Assembly: GCA_948469315.1 (NCBI GenBank)
Contig: CAOKLQ010000003.1
Coordinates: forward strand, 80,007 to 144,006
DNA from: an uncultured Clostridium sp.
GTDB taxonomy: Bacteria; Bacillota; Clostridia; TANB77; CAG-508
Direction of reading: 5' to 3'
Length of the DNA stretch: 64,000 nucleotides
How positions within the stretch are numbered: position 1 is the first letter of the stretch; each line of letters begins with the position of its first letter. Positions 11,396-23,915 of this stretch are shown here, piece by piece. Both the position numbers and the translations under genes were made by a program. The notes under the pieces are model-generated. The model searched no databases. It saw only the letters and a program-made list of their open reading frames with translations, and was not told where the DNA came from.

Positions 11396-12241
11396 TTACA
11401 ATATTATATCACTTACATCTGTTAGCATTATTGCACCTTGTTTTATTAATTCGTTTGTCCCTTCAGAATTTTTGCTTGCTATATTGCCTGGAACTGCGTA
11501 TATATCTTTACCTTGTTCTATGGCATAATCTACTGTTATCATACTGCCACTTCTTATTTTTGCTTCTACAACAATTATAGCTTTTGAAATACCACTTATT
11601 ATCCTGTTTCTTTGAGGGAAATTTTCTTTATTTGGTTTTGTTCCTACTACGTATTCTGAAATAATAGCTCCTCCTGTTTGTATTATTTTTCTTGCAACTT
11701 CTAAGTTTTCATATGGATACATTATATCTAGACCATTTCCTAATATGGCTATTGTTTTGCCATTTGCTGCCATACATCCAATGTGTGAATATTTATCTAT
11801 TCCTCTTGCTAGACCACTTACTACTGTTATATTGTTTTTGGATAAATTGTAAGCTATTTTTTGAGCTTGAGTTTGTCCATATTTACTGCATAATCTACAA
11901 CCTACCATTCCAATTGACTCTGTATTTAAAATTTCTTTATTTCCTTTTAAATATAAAGCAATTGGTGGGTCATATATTTTTTTTAAATGTTTTGGATAAT
12001 ATTTATCAAAAATAGTTATTAATTCTATTTTATTTTTTAATAAATATTCCTCGTAAACTTCTAAGTTTTTTTTATAGTTTTTATTTACAATCTCTTCTAT
12101 TTCTTCTGTTTCTATCTTCTGTTTTATTAATCCTTTTTTTGATAATTTATATATAATTTCTGGATTTTTATATTTTTGTATTAATTTATATTTTGTATAA
12201 GGTTTTATTTTTATTCTTGTAAGCCAAATCCAATATTTCAT
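11396..12241 (-). CDS. dprA: DNA processing protein DprA (Smf)
   Basis: 281 aa; Rossmann-like DprA core (VVSGLARGIDKYSHIG..TIAILGNGLD..GGAIISEY). Confidence 0.85.
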   Translation of the reverse strand: MKYWIWLTRIKIKPYTKYKLIQKYKNPEIIYKLSKKGLIKQKIETEEIEEIVNKNYKKNLEVYEEYLLKNKIELITIFDKYYPKHLKKIYDPPIALYLKGNKEILNTESIGMVGCRLCSKYGQTQAQKIAYNLSKNNITVVSGLARGIDKYSHIGCMAANGKTIAILGNGLDIMYPYENLEVARKIIQTGGAIISEYVVGTKPNKENFPQRNRIISGISKAIIVVEAKIRSGSMITVDYAIEQGKDIYAVPGNIASKNSEGTNELIKQGAIMLTDVSDIIL

Positions 12242-12289
12242 TTAAAATTCCTCCTATTTATATTTATCTAAATATTAATGAATTTTTTC

Positions 12290-12425
12290 AAAATTTATCG
12301 TTCAAGCTAATCTCATAAGAAATTGTAATTGAAATTTAGGGCACCCTTTCAAAGCAAGTTTGAACATTTTCCCTAAATTACTGCAACAATTTCTAATTCG
12401 ATTACTTTCAATCAAAATTTTTTAA
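12290..12425. repeat. ~140-bp structured intergenic repeat, copy B (inverted relative to copy A)
   Basis: Reverse complement aligns with 6115-6255 at about 90% identity, including the gggtgccctaaa core; lies between dprA and folD. Confidence 0.7.
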
Positions 12426-12529
12426 AAATTATTATTATTTAGATTTAAATTTAATAAAAAATGTAAATATAAAAAAATAGAGAGAAATATTAATATTTTC
12501 TCCCTATAAATATTATAAAATCAAATTTC

Positions 12530-13372
12530 TTATTTTCTTTGCTTCGCTGCCTTTACTACATTTTCCATAAGCATTGCTATTGTCATTGGTCCTACTCCTC
12601 CTGGTACTGGCGTTATATATGAAGCTTTTTTAGAAACATTTTCAAAATCTACATCCCCCGTAAGTTTTCCTTCTTCGTTTCTATTTATTCCTACATCTAT
12701 TACAACTGCATTTTCTTTTACCATATCTTCTTTTACAAATTTTGCTTTTCCTATTGCTGATATTAATATATCTGCATTTTTTGTTATTTGACTTATGTTT
12801 TGTGTTTTCGAATGGCAAACTGTAACTGTTGCATTTTTTTGCAGACAGCATTGTATTAATGGTTTTCCTACAATGTTACTTCTTCCAAGAATTACTACAT
12901 TTTTTCCCTGCATATCTATATTATATTCTTCAAGCATTCTTATTACTCCATGTGGCGTACATGGAATAAAGCAATCTTCTCCTATACTTAATTTTCCAGC
13001 ATTTATTGGATGGAAACCATCTACATCTTTGTCTGGCAATATTGCCCTAAATGCTTTGTTTATATCTAAGTGATTTGGCACTGGACTTTGAAGTAATATT
13101 CCATCTATATTAGGATTATTATTTAAACTCTCTATTAAATCTAATAATTCTTGCATTGTTGTATTAGAATTTAACAAATATTCCTCATATTCAATTCCTA
13201 TTTCTTCACAAGCTCTGCTTTTATTTCTTACATATACTTTAGATGCGCTATCATCTCCAACCATTATTACTGCAAGTTTAGGATTTATTCCTTCTTTTTT
13301 CAAATCTTCAACTTCTAATTTTAAGTTTTCTCTTATCTTTTTTGCTAAAGCTTTTCCATCTATAATTTTCAT
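12530..13372 (-). CDS. folD: bifunctional methylenetetrahydrofolate dehydrogenase/cyclohydrolase FolD
   Basis: 280 aa; MKIIDGKALAKKIRE.., YVRNK, GVGPMT motifs. Confidence 0.95.
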   Translation of the reverse strand: MKIIDGKALAKKIRENLKLEVEDLKKEGINPKLAVIMVGDDSASKVYVRNKSRACEEIGIEYEEYLLNSNTTMQELLDLIESLNNNPNIDGILLQSPVPNHLDINKAFRAILPDKDVDGFHPINAGKLSIGEDCFIPCTPHGVIRMLEEYNIDMQGKNVVILGRSNIVGKPLIQCCLQKNATVTVCHSKTQNISQITKNADILISAIGKAKFVKEDMVKENAVVIDVGINRNEEGKLTGDVDFENVSKKASYITPVPGGVGPMTIAMLMENVVKAAKQRK

Positions 13373-13463
13373 ATTGTTCTCCTATTTTAATTATTTGTTT
13401 TTTATAATGTATCATGTTTTTATAAATTTTACAACGATTTTAAATAATAATTATATTTTTAAG

Positions 13464-14267
13464 TCATTTTAATATTTTTTCTAAAAACACTGCAACTCCA
13501 TCTTCATCATTAGATAAAGTAATCTCATCTGCTTTTTCTTTAACAATATCAATTGCATTACCCATAGCTACTTTATATCCTACTTGTTCAAACATTGATA
13601 AATCGTTATTATCATCTCCAATTGCAATAGTTTCTTCTCTTTTAATATCTAAAATTTCTAGCATCTTTTTTACTGCAATTCCTTTATTAGAATCTATATT
13701 AGCAATATCACAAAATACAGTTTTATCATCTTTAAATTTAATATCTAATAAACTTTTGTGTCTATTTTTTATTTCTACATTTTCTACTTTTTCAATTTTA
13801 GGTATTAAATTTTTTATTTTATCAAAGTTGCTATCTGCAATAGTACATTGAACAACATCATTTTTATAAACAAAGTCATTTATATTTTCTTCTAGCTTTC
13901 TCTCTTGATCTGCATGTTTTACTTTGTTTACTACTCTACCTTCTCCAACATTCATAATAAATCTAACATCTTCTGGATTAGCTATTTCATATAATTTTAT
14001 TAATGCTTCTTTATTCATTTTATTTACATATAAAATTTTATTTTGTTCGTAATCATATATATTTCCACCGCTTGAAGTAATTATATATTTACTAGCAAAA
14101 CATTCTCTACTTATTTGTTCAGTATATTTTCTTGGTCTTCCAGAACATAGTATAACTAATGTACCTTTTTCACTAACTTTTCTTATTGTTTCTATTGTTT
14201 TTATTGACAAATTCCTATTACTATCTCTTAATGTTCCATCAATATCTATAAATATTGCCTTTATCAT
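13464..14267 (-). CDS. Cof-type HAD-IIB family hydrolase
   Basis: 267 aa; N-terminal FIDIDGTL, C-terminal GDDNNDLSM motifs. Confidence 0.8.
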   Translation of the reverse strand: MIKAIFIDIDGTLRDSNRNLSIKTIETIRKVSEKGTLVILCSGRPRKYTEQISRECFASKYIITSSGGNIYDYEQNKILYVNKMNKEALIKLYEIANPEDVRFIMNVGEGRVVNKVKHADQERKLEENINDFVYKNDVVQCTIADSNFDKIKNLIPKIEKVENVEIKNRHKSLLDIKFKDDKTVFCDIANIDSNKGIAVKKMLEILDIKREETIAIGDDNNDLSMFEQVGYKVAMGNAIDIVKEKADEITLSNDEDGVAVFLEKILK

Positions 14268-14346
14268 AAATTTAAACTCCTTTTAATCTACTTTTTTGTT
14301 TTAATATAATTTCAGATTAATTTTAAATTTTTCATATAAAAATTTT

Positions 14347-14775
14347 TTAGTTATTTTTCTCTAATATTCTTTCGTAATCTAATAATGCTTTTTTAGTTGT
14401 AATTGTTAGTTCCTCTGGCAGTTGATTTAAATTAAACCATTTCATATCTGAAGCTTTATCTGGTTCCATTATTTTTGGATGCCCCTTTTCTATTTTACAT
14501 AAATAACTCATTGCCACCCAATGTGCATTTTCATCTTGAATGATATGATCACAAATTCCCATTAATTTTATTACTTTTATATCTAAATCTGTTTCCTCTT
14601 TAGTTTCTCTAATAACTGCATGTTCTAATGTTTCAAACATTTCTAATCTACCACCTGGTATACACCAATGATCTTTTTCTGCTGGTACTGCTCTTTTCTG
14701 TAATAATAATTCATTATCTTCATTTAAAATAAATGCACCTACACCTACTCCAATATAATCTTTTCCTATTTTCAT
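14347..14775 (-). CDS. NUDIX hydrolase
   Basis: 142 aa; Nudix box GGRLEMFETLEHAVIRETKEETDL. Confidence 0.8.
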   Translation of the reverse strand: MKIGKDYIGVGVGAFILNEDNELLLQKRAVPAEKDHWCIPGGRLEMFETLEHAVIRETKEETDLDIKVIKLMGICDHIIQDENAHWVAMSYLCKIEKGHPKIMEPDKASDMKWFNLNQLPEELTITTKKALLDYERILEKNN

Positions 14776-14815
14776 TTTTTATTAATCCTTTCATTGTCTG
14801 GTTTTGTTATATTTT

Positions 14816-15697
14816 CTACAATTCATCCTTTTTATCTAAAATTCCATATACCATTGCTATATCAGTTGGAACTATATACTTTGCTCCTATTTCTTTTGCA
14901 ACTACTAATGCAAAAGCACTCATTGCTCTTGTTGCATACCACCAATCTGGATCATTTACTCTATTTCTTATTTCATCTAAAGAAATAGCTTTATAATATC
15001 TTTCTGTTTCGCTTTTTCTTGTTTCTATATCCATCATAATCGGAGAAGCCTCATCCTTATATAAAGTATTTGTTTCATATTTTATTCCAGAATGTCTTGC
15101 AAATTTTTCGTGTCCTCCACCTGCTAATATTAATATGTCTGCTTTTTCTTTTGGTAGATTTAGTTTTTCTTTTATAAAATTCTTTACTGTTTCGAGATTA
15201 GTTGTTGCAAAGTTTTCTGCTAAATCTGGAAATTCTTGCATTACATCTATAACACCAACTTTTGAATTTATACTTTCTTTTATTCCTTTATCATAAATTG
15301 CAATTTCAGTAGAACCTCCACCACCTATAAATACACATACTTTATCTTTCACATATCTAGTTGTTCCAAAAACTGTTAATTCATTTTCTTTCTTTTGAGA
15401 AATAATATTAAATTCGTATCCAGTGTCTTTTTTGAATCTATTTAAGAATTCCTTTCTTTCTGTATCATTTAATGTTCTAAAAATGCTTGTACCACAAACA
15501 TATATATCTTGTGAAATATTTTTCAAGTCATTTATACTAGAAATTAATTCTACAACATCACTTTCTCTTAATTTTTTATCTTCATTGTAATGTTTTTTGA
15601 ATTGTATTGTCTTTCCCTCTAATTTCTCGATATTACTACCATCAAACTTGTCAACTTTAGTACAAGTTGATCCAACTTCAACAATTATTTTATCCAT
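14816..15697 (-). CDS. Ppx/GppA-family phosphatase-like protein (actin-like ATPase fold)
   Basis: 293 aa; FIGGGGSTEIAIYD and CGTSIFRTLND resemble the DIGGGSTE and ATSA(L)R motifs of Ppx/GppA N-terminal domains. Confidence 0.5.
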   Translation of the reverse strand: MDKIIVEVGSTCTKVDKFDGSNIEKLEGKTIQFKKHYNEDKKLRESDVVELISSINDLKNISQDIYVCGTSIFRTLNDTERKEFLNRFKKDTGYEFNIISQKKENELTVFGTTRYVKDKVCVFIGGGGSTEIAIYDKGIKESINSKVGVIDVMQEFPDLAENFATTNLETVKNFIKEKLNLPKEKADILILAGGGHEKFARHSGIKYETNTLYKDEASPIMMDIETRKSETERYYKAISLDEIRNRVNDPDWWYATRAMSAFALVVAKEIGAKYIVPTDIAMVYGILDKKDEL

Positions 15698-15722
15698 ATA
15701 ATTTTTTTCCTCACAAATATTA

Positions 15723-16373
15723 CTATTCTTTCTTTAAATTTAATAAATCATTACCTTTTATATAATTTGCTATTTCCTTGAATACTTTTTCTGTATATAT
15801 TGGTCTATCATTTTCAATAAATAAATCTGCAACTGTTTTTTCTCCATTATTTAATAATTTTTGAACTCTGGAGTCTTTAAGAAGATTCGCATTTTCTTTT
15901 CTATTTATATCAATAGACTTTTCTTCACAATATAATTTACATTGTATATCTGCTTCCAGTTTATCACACATTTTTGCAACAATAGATTCTTTTGTTTTCA
16001 TGTTTTCAAATTCTTCTATTAATTCTATATATTGTACTTTTTTATCTAAAGTGCTTAACACTTCTTCTACTGCTTCTTTTCCTATCTTTCTTTTTTCTTC
16101 TTTCGTAACTTGGTCAAATGGTGTTAAATCTCCTATTTTAATTTCTTCTATTTCATGTAATACAAGCATTATTATTACTTTATATAAATCAATATCTAAT
16201 TTAAATTGAGAATCTATTGATATTGCTAAAATACATGTACCATAAATATGTTCTGCAACACTTTCTACTCTTTGTCTATCTATATTCCATACTTTCCATC
16301 CACTTCTAATTTTGTCCTTAAGCTCTGTTGCTAGTAAATAGAATTGAAGTAAGTTTTTTATTTTATTCTCCAT
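15723..16373 (-). CDS. HD-domain hydrolase (YfbR-like 5'-deoxynucleotidase family)
   Basis: 216 aa; HxxE..HD pattern (AEHIYGTC...VLHEIEEIKIGDLTPFD). Confidence 0.7.
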   Translation of the reverse strand: MENKIKNLLQFYLLATELKDKIRSGWKVWNIDRQRVESVAEHIYGTCILAISIDSQFKLDIDLYKVIIMLVLHEIEEIKIGDLTPFDQVTKEEKRKIGKEAVEEVLSTLDKKVQYIELIEEFENMKTKESIVAKMCDKLEADIQCKLYCEEKSIDINRKENANLLKDSRVQKLLNNGEKTVADLFIENDRPIYTEKVFKEIANYIKGNDLLNLKKE

Positions 16374-16386
16374 TTTTTATTCCATC

Positions 16387-17181
16387 CTATTTCCTATCTT
16401 TTAAATATTTCTTTACTGTTTCAATTACTTCATTATGTACTTTTCCATTACTAATAACTGCTCCATTTATGCTTTCATCATATCTTTGTTCATTTCCAAA
16501 TAAATCTGTAACTTTTCCTCCTGCTTCTTCTACTATAACCTTAACTGCTGCAATATCACAATTTTTATGTTTTGTACCAGGAAAAATAGCAAGACTAAAA
16601 TCTCCAGAAGCAACACACATACAAGCTCTTATAATGCTTCCTAATCCAATAATATATGTTTTATTTCCTAATTCTTGTAATACATTAGATATATTATAAT
16701 CTGCTCCAACCCATAAATCATAATGACATACAGTTTTCATATCATCTAATTCATAGTCATTTACAGTTATTTTTTCTCCGTTTTTATATGCACCTTGTCC
16801 TTTTATAGCAGTATATAAGCTATCTGTAAAAGGATCATATACTAATCCAACTGCTGATTTTCCCTTAATAACTAAAGCTAGTGAAAATACTGCTACTGGA
16901 ATATGTGTAGCATACATTGCTGTTCCATCAACTGGATCACATACCCATACATAATCACTTTTTCCAAATTGTTCTTCTTCTCCATCTACTGAATGAGAGG
17001 GATATTTTTCTTTAACTCTTTTTATCAAATATGAATTTATTTCTGTATCTGCTAATGTTACAATAGTCTTATCTCCTTTTTAACTTGCACCATTATTTTG
17101 TTTGAAATATTTAAGCATTACTTCTCCAGCATGTCTTGCTATATCTTTTGCAAAGTCTAAGTATTCTTCTAGTGTCTCCAT
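16387..17181 (-). pseudogene. inositol monophosphatase family protein with in-frame TAA stop (17080-17082)
   Basis: The ORF track only gives the C-terminal 213 aa. Upstream in the same frame is METLEEYLDFAKDIARHAGEVMLKYFKQNNGAS-TAA-KGDKTIVTLADTEINSYLIKR, a normal IMPase N-terminus interrupted by a nonsense codon where Tyr is expected. Confidence 0.55.
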
Positions 17182-17182
17182 A

Positions 17183-17755
17183 TTAATTTTCCTCCAATTC
17201 CATTGCTTTACTTATAGTTTCTCTTTGTTCTTCAAAGTTAGCTTTTATTACTGGTATTCTTGCATACATTTCAGTTTTCAAAAAGTAATTTAGTGTATCA
17301 AATGCCATTAATGTTTCTTCTGTTCCACTACCACTTCCACCAGCACAAGCAATGCAGACAATTTTCTTTCCTTTTATTTTCGAATCATCCTTAAAAGCAT
17401 CGCATCTTTTTAATCTATCAAAAAATGTTTTTGCTGATTCGCTCATTTCATGAAAATACACTGGAGTAATAAAAATGTAAGCATCAAAGTTTTCCATATA
17501 CTTATAAATCTCATTGAAATCATCTTTTTGAATACAAATATGTTCATCTAAACAAATTCCCCAGCCTCTTTTTCCACATGCAATACATTTCTTTATATTC
17601 TTTTTATTTATACAAATATGTTCATATTCATATTTTAGCATTTTTAGTTGTTTTTCGCATTCTTCAACACAAGAAAATGTTAATCCTATTTTATTTGGTA
17701 CAAAGCTATCTTCATTTACTTGATTACTGCTAAAACTTAATATTAAAACTTTCAT
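17183..17755 (-). CDS. flavodoxin-like fold / NADPH-dependent FMN reductase family protein
   Basis: 190 aa; MKVLILSFSS.. and ITPVYFHEMSESAKTFFDR typical of the flavodoxin-like oxidoreductase family, plus an extra Cys cluster. Confidence 0.55.
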   Translation of the reverse strand: MKVLILSFSSNQVNEDSFVPNKIGLTFSCVEECEKQLKMLKYEYEHICINKKNIKKCIACGKRGWGICLDEHICIQKDDFNEIYKYMENFDAYIFITPVYFHEMSESAKTFFDRLKRCDAFKDDSKIKGKKIVCIACAGGSGSGTEETLMAFDTLNYFLKTEMYARIPVIKANFEEQRETISKAMELEEN

Positions 17756-17792
17756 ATTCTACTCCTATTTATAAATAATGTTACAGTTGCTT

Positions 17793-18452
17793 TTATTCTA
17801 TTTCGATGCTTTCATCATTTTCCAATATCTCATATTCAATTTCATTTTTATCAAACATTTCCTTTACAAAATCAAAATTTACAGGATATTTAGGACTATC
17901 TGCATGTAGAGGAATTACTAATTTGGCATTAGTTTCTTTTGTAAATAATGAGGCTTCAAAAGCTCCCATTACTACTCCATAATCTGAAACTGGAACACAT
18001 AAAATATCACATTTATATTCATTTTGGAAACAAATAGTATCACTTGTTATATATACTCTTGTTTCGTTATCATCTATTATATAACCTATGTTTTCAATAA
18101 CTTTTGCTCCTGTTTTCATTGGTGGTATATATCCATGTTCAGCATGTACTACTTCTATTTTTATTTTATTTTCAATACTAATTTCATCATTTTCTTTAAC
18201 AATATTTATATCTAATGTTGGATGAGCATTTTTTACTTCGTTACTTGAATATATTTTGATATTCTTATCTATTTTTTCTAATATCTCTGTATTACAATGA
18301 TCTCGATGTTTGTGTGTTATTAAAATTATATCTACAGTATTCCATATATTAAAATACTCCTCTTTATATTTTAAATTTCCTGGATCAACTAATATCTTCT
18401 TTCCTTTTGTTTCTATTAATAAACATGATTGTGGAAATTTTGTAATCTTCAT
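17793..18452 (-). CDS. MBL-fold metallo-hydrolase
   Basis: 219 aa; ILITHKHRDH metal-binding motif. Confidence 0.7.
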   Translation of the reverse strand: MKITKFPQSCLLIETKGKKILVDPGNLKYKEEYFNIWNTVDIILITHKHRDHCNTEILEKIDKNIKIYSSNEVKNAHPTLDINIVKENDEISIENKIKIEVVHAEHGYIPPMKTGAKVIENIGYIIDDNETRVYITSDTICFQNEYKCDILCVPVSDYGVVMGAFEASLFTKETNAKLVIPLHADSPKYPVNFDFVKEMFDKNEIEYEILENDESIEIE

Positions 18453-18554
18453 AATTTATCAAATCCTTTCTTTTTTTATTAATCTTATTTATATTATGAG
18501 TTGTATTTATTATTATCAAATATTTCTATGTATTCCATTATTTCTCTCCTAATA

Positions 18555-19172
18555 TTAAAAAAATATATTATCTTCTAAATCATCTGGATGTTCTAATTCT
18601 GTTTGTAAATCTTCCCAAAGAAATAAAGGATAAAAGTATTCTACATCTAATTCTTTACATTTTTCTTTGCTAAATTCATTATTACCATTATAATAAAATG
18701 CTACATCTTCATATTCTGCAATATCTTTAAAATCTCTACTACCATATTCCTTTGTTAAGCAAACATATAATATTTTTGCATTTTTATATTTATTCTTTAT
18801 TTCATTTATACAAATCTCCACACTTGTTCCTGTACTGTGCATTGCTTCAACTACTAAAAATACTGGCTCTTTTTTATTTATTTCTATTGAACCAAATGGA
18901 TTAAAAATCATTTCAATTTTATTTTCTCCATTTTTATAAGCAACATGTTTTACTTGTATAGGTAAAAACTTTACAATATTTAATTTGTTGGAAATATATA
19001 CTGCTGGTACTGCACCACTTCTTAAAACAGGACATATATAATCTATTTTTATGTTATTATCTTGAATATATTTTCTTAAATGGTTGCATAATTTGTCTAT
19101 ATGTTGTAAAAATTCGTTATGCTCCATTCTTTTATAATTTTTCTGCATTTTTATTCTCCTAATCATTTTCAA
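18555..19172 (-). CDS. hypothetical protein (possible phosphoribosyltransferase-like fold)
   Basis: 205 aa ORF with no strong motif; weak PRTase-like hydrophobic-acidic stretch (VFLVVEAMHSTGTS). Confidence 0.3.
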   Translation of the reverse strand: MKMIRRIKMQKNYKRMEHNEFLQHIDKLCNHLRKYIQDNNIKIDYICPVLRSGAVPAVYISNKLNIVKFLPIQVKHVAYKNGENKIEMIFNPFGSIEINKKEPVFLVVEAMHSTGTSVEICINEIKNKYKNAKILYVCLTKEYGSRDFKDIAEYEDVAFYYNGNNEFSKEKCKELDVEYFYPLFLWEDLQTELEHPDDLEDNIFF

Positions 19173-19556
19173 TTATTTCTACTAATATTCCATCTGGATC
19201 TTTTATAAAGAAATATGGTTCTCCTAATCTTCCAACTTTTATTTCTATATCATTTGCAATCTCATTTTTAATTACAAATTCTTTTGCTTGTTCAATATTT
19301 TCTACTCCTAATGCAAAATGTTTTGTTCCTAATACTGGCAAATCTGTAGCTGTTGATTTTGCCATTTCTGACAATTTTGTATATTCTTTATAGCAAAATA
19401 TTTCTAAAACTGTATTATTTAACTTTAGCATATTTATTTTTATACTTTCATCTTCTGCTTTCCAAGATTTAAATCTTCAAATCCAAATTTTTTATAAAAT
19501 TCTATACTCTTTTCAGCATTTGTTACACTTATTGCAACATGATTAATATTAAACAT
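19159..19556 (-). pseudogene. VOC/glyoxalase-family protein with a 1-nt frameshift (near 19465-19480)
   Basis: N-term MFNINHVAISVTNAEKSIEFYKKFGFEDLN is in one frame and the 90-aa C-terminal ORF (..WKAEDESIKINMLKL..) in another. Restoring one T in ctt(t)gg rejoins them. This break is not CGG-type. Confidence 0.5.
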
Positions 19557-19557
19557 T

Positions 19558-20289
19558 TTACATTCCTCCATCTACTTTTATTACTGTACTATTAATATAT
19601 TCTGCATCATCTGATGCTAAAAAACAAATTACTTTTGCTATTTCTTCTGGCTTAGCAAATCTCTTTTTATATATTTTTTCTGTTTCTTCTTTTATCAAGT
19701 CTTCTGTTAGTTCTTTATTCATCTCTGTATTTACCCAACCTGGTGCTACTGCATTTACATTTATATATGGTGCAAATTGTATTGCTAAATTATATGTTAA
19801 GTTTATAATTGCTGCTTTTGATGCATCGTAATCTATACTTGATGGAAAAAATGTATTTATTCCATTTGTTGAAGATATATTTATTATTTTCCCACTTTTA
19901 TTTTTCATCATGTTTTCACTTACATATTTTGATACTAGAAAAGTTCCTATTGTATTCACTTCTAATGTTTTTTTCCAATCTTCGACTGTTCTATCCTCAA
20001 ATTCTTTATCTATTGCTATCCCTGCATTATTTATAAGTACATCTATTCTTCCAAATTTATTTATGGTTTCTTGTACCATATTTTTAACTTGTTCTTCATC
20101 TGATACATCTGCTTTAATTACCAATGTTTCCGTTTTGTATTCTTCTTTTAAATAGCTTGATAATTTTTCTGCATTTTCTTTATCTGTCAAATAGTTTATT
20201 ACTAATTTGTACCCTAATTTTGCAAACTCTACAGCTGTGGCCTTTCCAATACCTTTACTACTTCCAGTTATCAATACAACATTTTCCAT
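19558..20289 (-). CDS. SDR-family oxidoreductase (FabG-like)
   Basis: 243 aa; TGSSKGIGKA cofactor motif, NNAG, catalytic Y-x3-K (YDASKAA). Confidence 0.85.
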   Translation of the reverse strand: MENVVLITGSSKGIGKATAVEFAKLGYKLVINYLTDKENAEKLSSYLKEEYKTETLVIKADVSDEEQVKNMVQETINKFGRIDVLINNAGIAIDKEFEDRTVEDWKKTLEVNTIGTFLVSKYVSENMMKNKSGKIINISSTNGINTFFPSSIDYDASKAAIINLTYNLAIQFAPYINVNAVAPGWVNTEMNKELTEDLIKEETEKIYKKRFAKPEEIAKVICFLASDDAEYINSTVIKVDGGM

Positions 20290-20521
20290 TATCTACACCT
20301 CACACTTTATATAATAAAAAGTTTTACATATTCTTTAGTTTTATTTACTTTTGAAATTTTAATCATCTTATCTCCTTAATTAGTTTTCTATGTCATAATC
20401 TTATCATGAGTTTACATTTTTTACAATAAAACAATTAAAAAAAACATATTATTAAACTATGATTACCATAATCTAATTAATATGTTTCATTTGACTAACT
20501 TTATAAATATAATTTTAAGCT

Positions 20522-20767
20522 CTATACCTCTGGTATCCCTACTTTGTATTCAATATCTTCCATAAAAGGAAACATTTCTTTTACTCTTTTTTTTGTTATT
20601 ACTATTTGTCTTGGTTGTGGATTTTTTTCATTATATGATATTAGTTTTTGAGTATAGCAATTTTCAGCTGTTTTAAATAATAAATATCTATTTCTTACAT
20701 AAGTAAAAAATATTTGATATCCTTTATCTAATTCTTCTTCAAGTCTTTCAAAAGTATAATTTTCCAT
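20522..20767 (-). CDS. small hypothetical protein (81 aa)
   Basis: Compact ORF between the SDR and ligA genes; no recognisable family. Confidence 0.35.
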   Translation of the reverse strand: MENYTFERLEEELDKGYQIFFTYVRNRYLLFKTAENCYTQKLISYNEKNPQPRQIVITKKRVKEMFPFMEDIEYKVGIPEV

Positions 20768-20782
20768 TTTGCTTCCTTTCTG

Positions 20783-22783
<2,001 letters not shown>

Positions 22784-22834
22784 TTAATTAACCTCTTTAA
22801 GTTATTTTATATTGTAGGAAACTTTTCCTATATT

Positions 22835-23764
22835 TTATGCCTTATTTGAAGAACCAAATACATCTCTTATTTTGTGCTCTACTGTTCTTTTTATAGATTC
22901 TCTTGCAGGTGTTAGATATTTTCTTGGATCAAATACTGCAGGATCTTCTGCAAAAACCTCTCTTATTTCAGATGTCATTGCGAGTCTTAAATCTGTATCT
23001 ACATTTATTTTTGATACTCCTGATTTACTTGCCTGATGTAGCATTACATCTGGTACTCCTTTTGCTCCCGGAATTTTTCCTCCATATTTATTACATTTTT
23101 CTACAAGTTCTGGTATTACTGTTGATGCTCCATGTAGTACTATTGGTGTATTTGGTATCTTTTCTTTTATTTGTTTTAATATATCAAACCTAAGTTTTGC
23201 ATCTCCTTTAAATTTGTATGCCCCATGACTTGTTCCTATTGCTATTGCTAAGGAATCGCATTTGGTTCTTCTTACAAATTCTTCTGCTTCATCTGGGTTA
23301 GTATACATTGCATCTTTGGCATCTACATTTACATCATCTTCAACTCCTGCTAGTTTTCCAAGTTCTGCTTCAACTACAACACCTTTCATATGTGCATATT
23401 CTACTACTTTTTTTGTTAATGAAACGTTTTGTTCAAAATCGTATTTTGAACCATCTATCATTACAGATGTAAAACCATTATCTATACACATTTTACATGT
23501 TTCATAATCAGGTCCATGGTCTAAATGTAGTGCTATTGGAATATCATGTTCTTCTAGTGCCGCTTCCACCATTTTTCTTAAATATCCTATTCTTGCATAT
23601 TTTATCGCACTTGCAGATGCTTGCAAGATTACTGGTGAATTTTCACTTGCTGCTGCATCTACTATTGCTTGTATTATTTCCATGTTATTTACATTAAATG
23701 CTCCTATTGCAAAATTCTCTTTCATTGATTTTTCAAACATTTCTTTTGTTGTTACTAGTGGCAT
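22835..23764 (-). CDS. fba: class II fructose-bisphosphate aldolase
   Basis: MPLVTTKEMF...GAFNVNN...HLDHG motifs; AAAGGAGAG RBS before the MPLV start (ORF track extends 6 codons further upstream). Confidence 0.9.
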   Translation of the reverse strand: MPLVTTKEMFEKSMKENFAIGAFNVNNMEIIQAIVDAAASENSPVILQASASAIKYARIGYLRKMVEAALEEHDIPIALHLDHGPDYETCKMCIDNGFTSVMIDGSKYDFEQNVSLTKKVVEYAHMKGVVVEAELGKLAGVEDDVNVDAKDAMYTNPDEAEEFVRRTKCDSLAIAIGTSHGAYKFKGDAKLRFDILKQIKEKIPNTPIVLHGASTVIPELVEKCNKYGGKIPGAKGVPDVMLHQASKSGVSKINVDTDLRLAMTSEIREVFAEDPAVFDPRKYLTPARESIKRTVEHKIRDVFGSSNKA

Positions 23765-23915
23765 TTTAATCTCTCCTTTCAATTGAAAAACATATTCAAT
23801 TTCTAAAATAAATTTAAATTAGTAAGATGTGCATTTTTGAAAGATAATCAAGACGAAGTCATGTCAGGTTTGATTAATAAATCAAAAATGTGCAGATTGC
23901 TGATTTAAATTTGTT

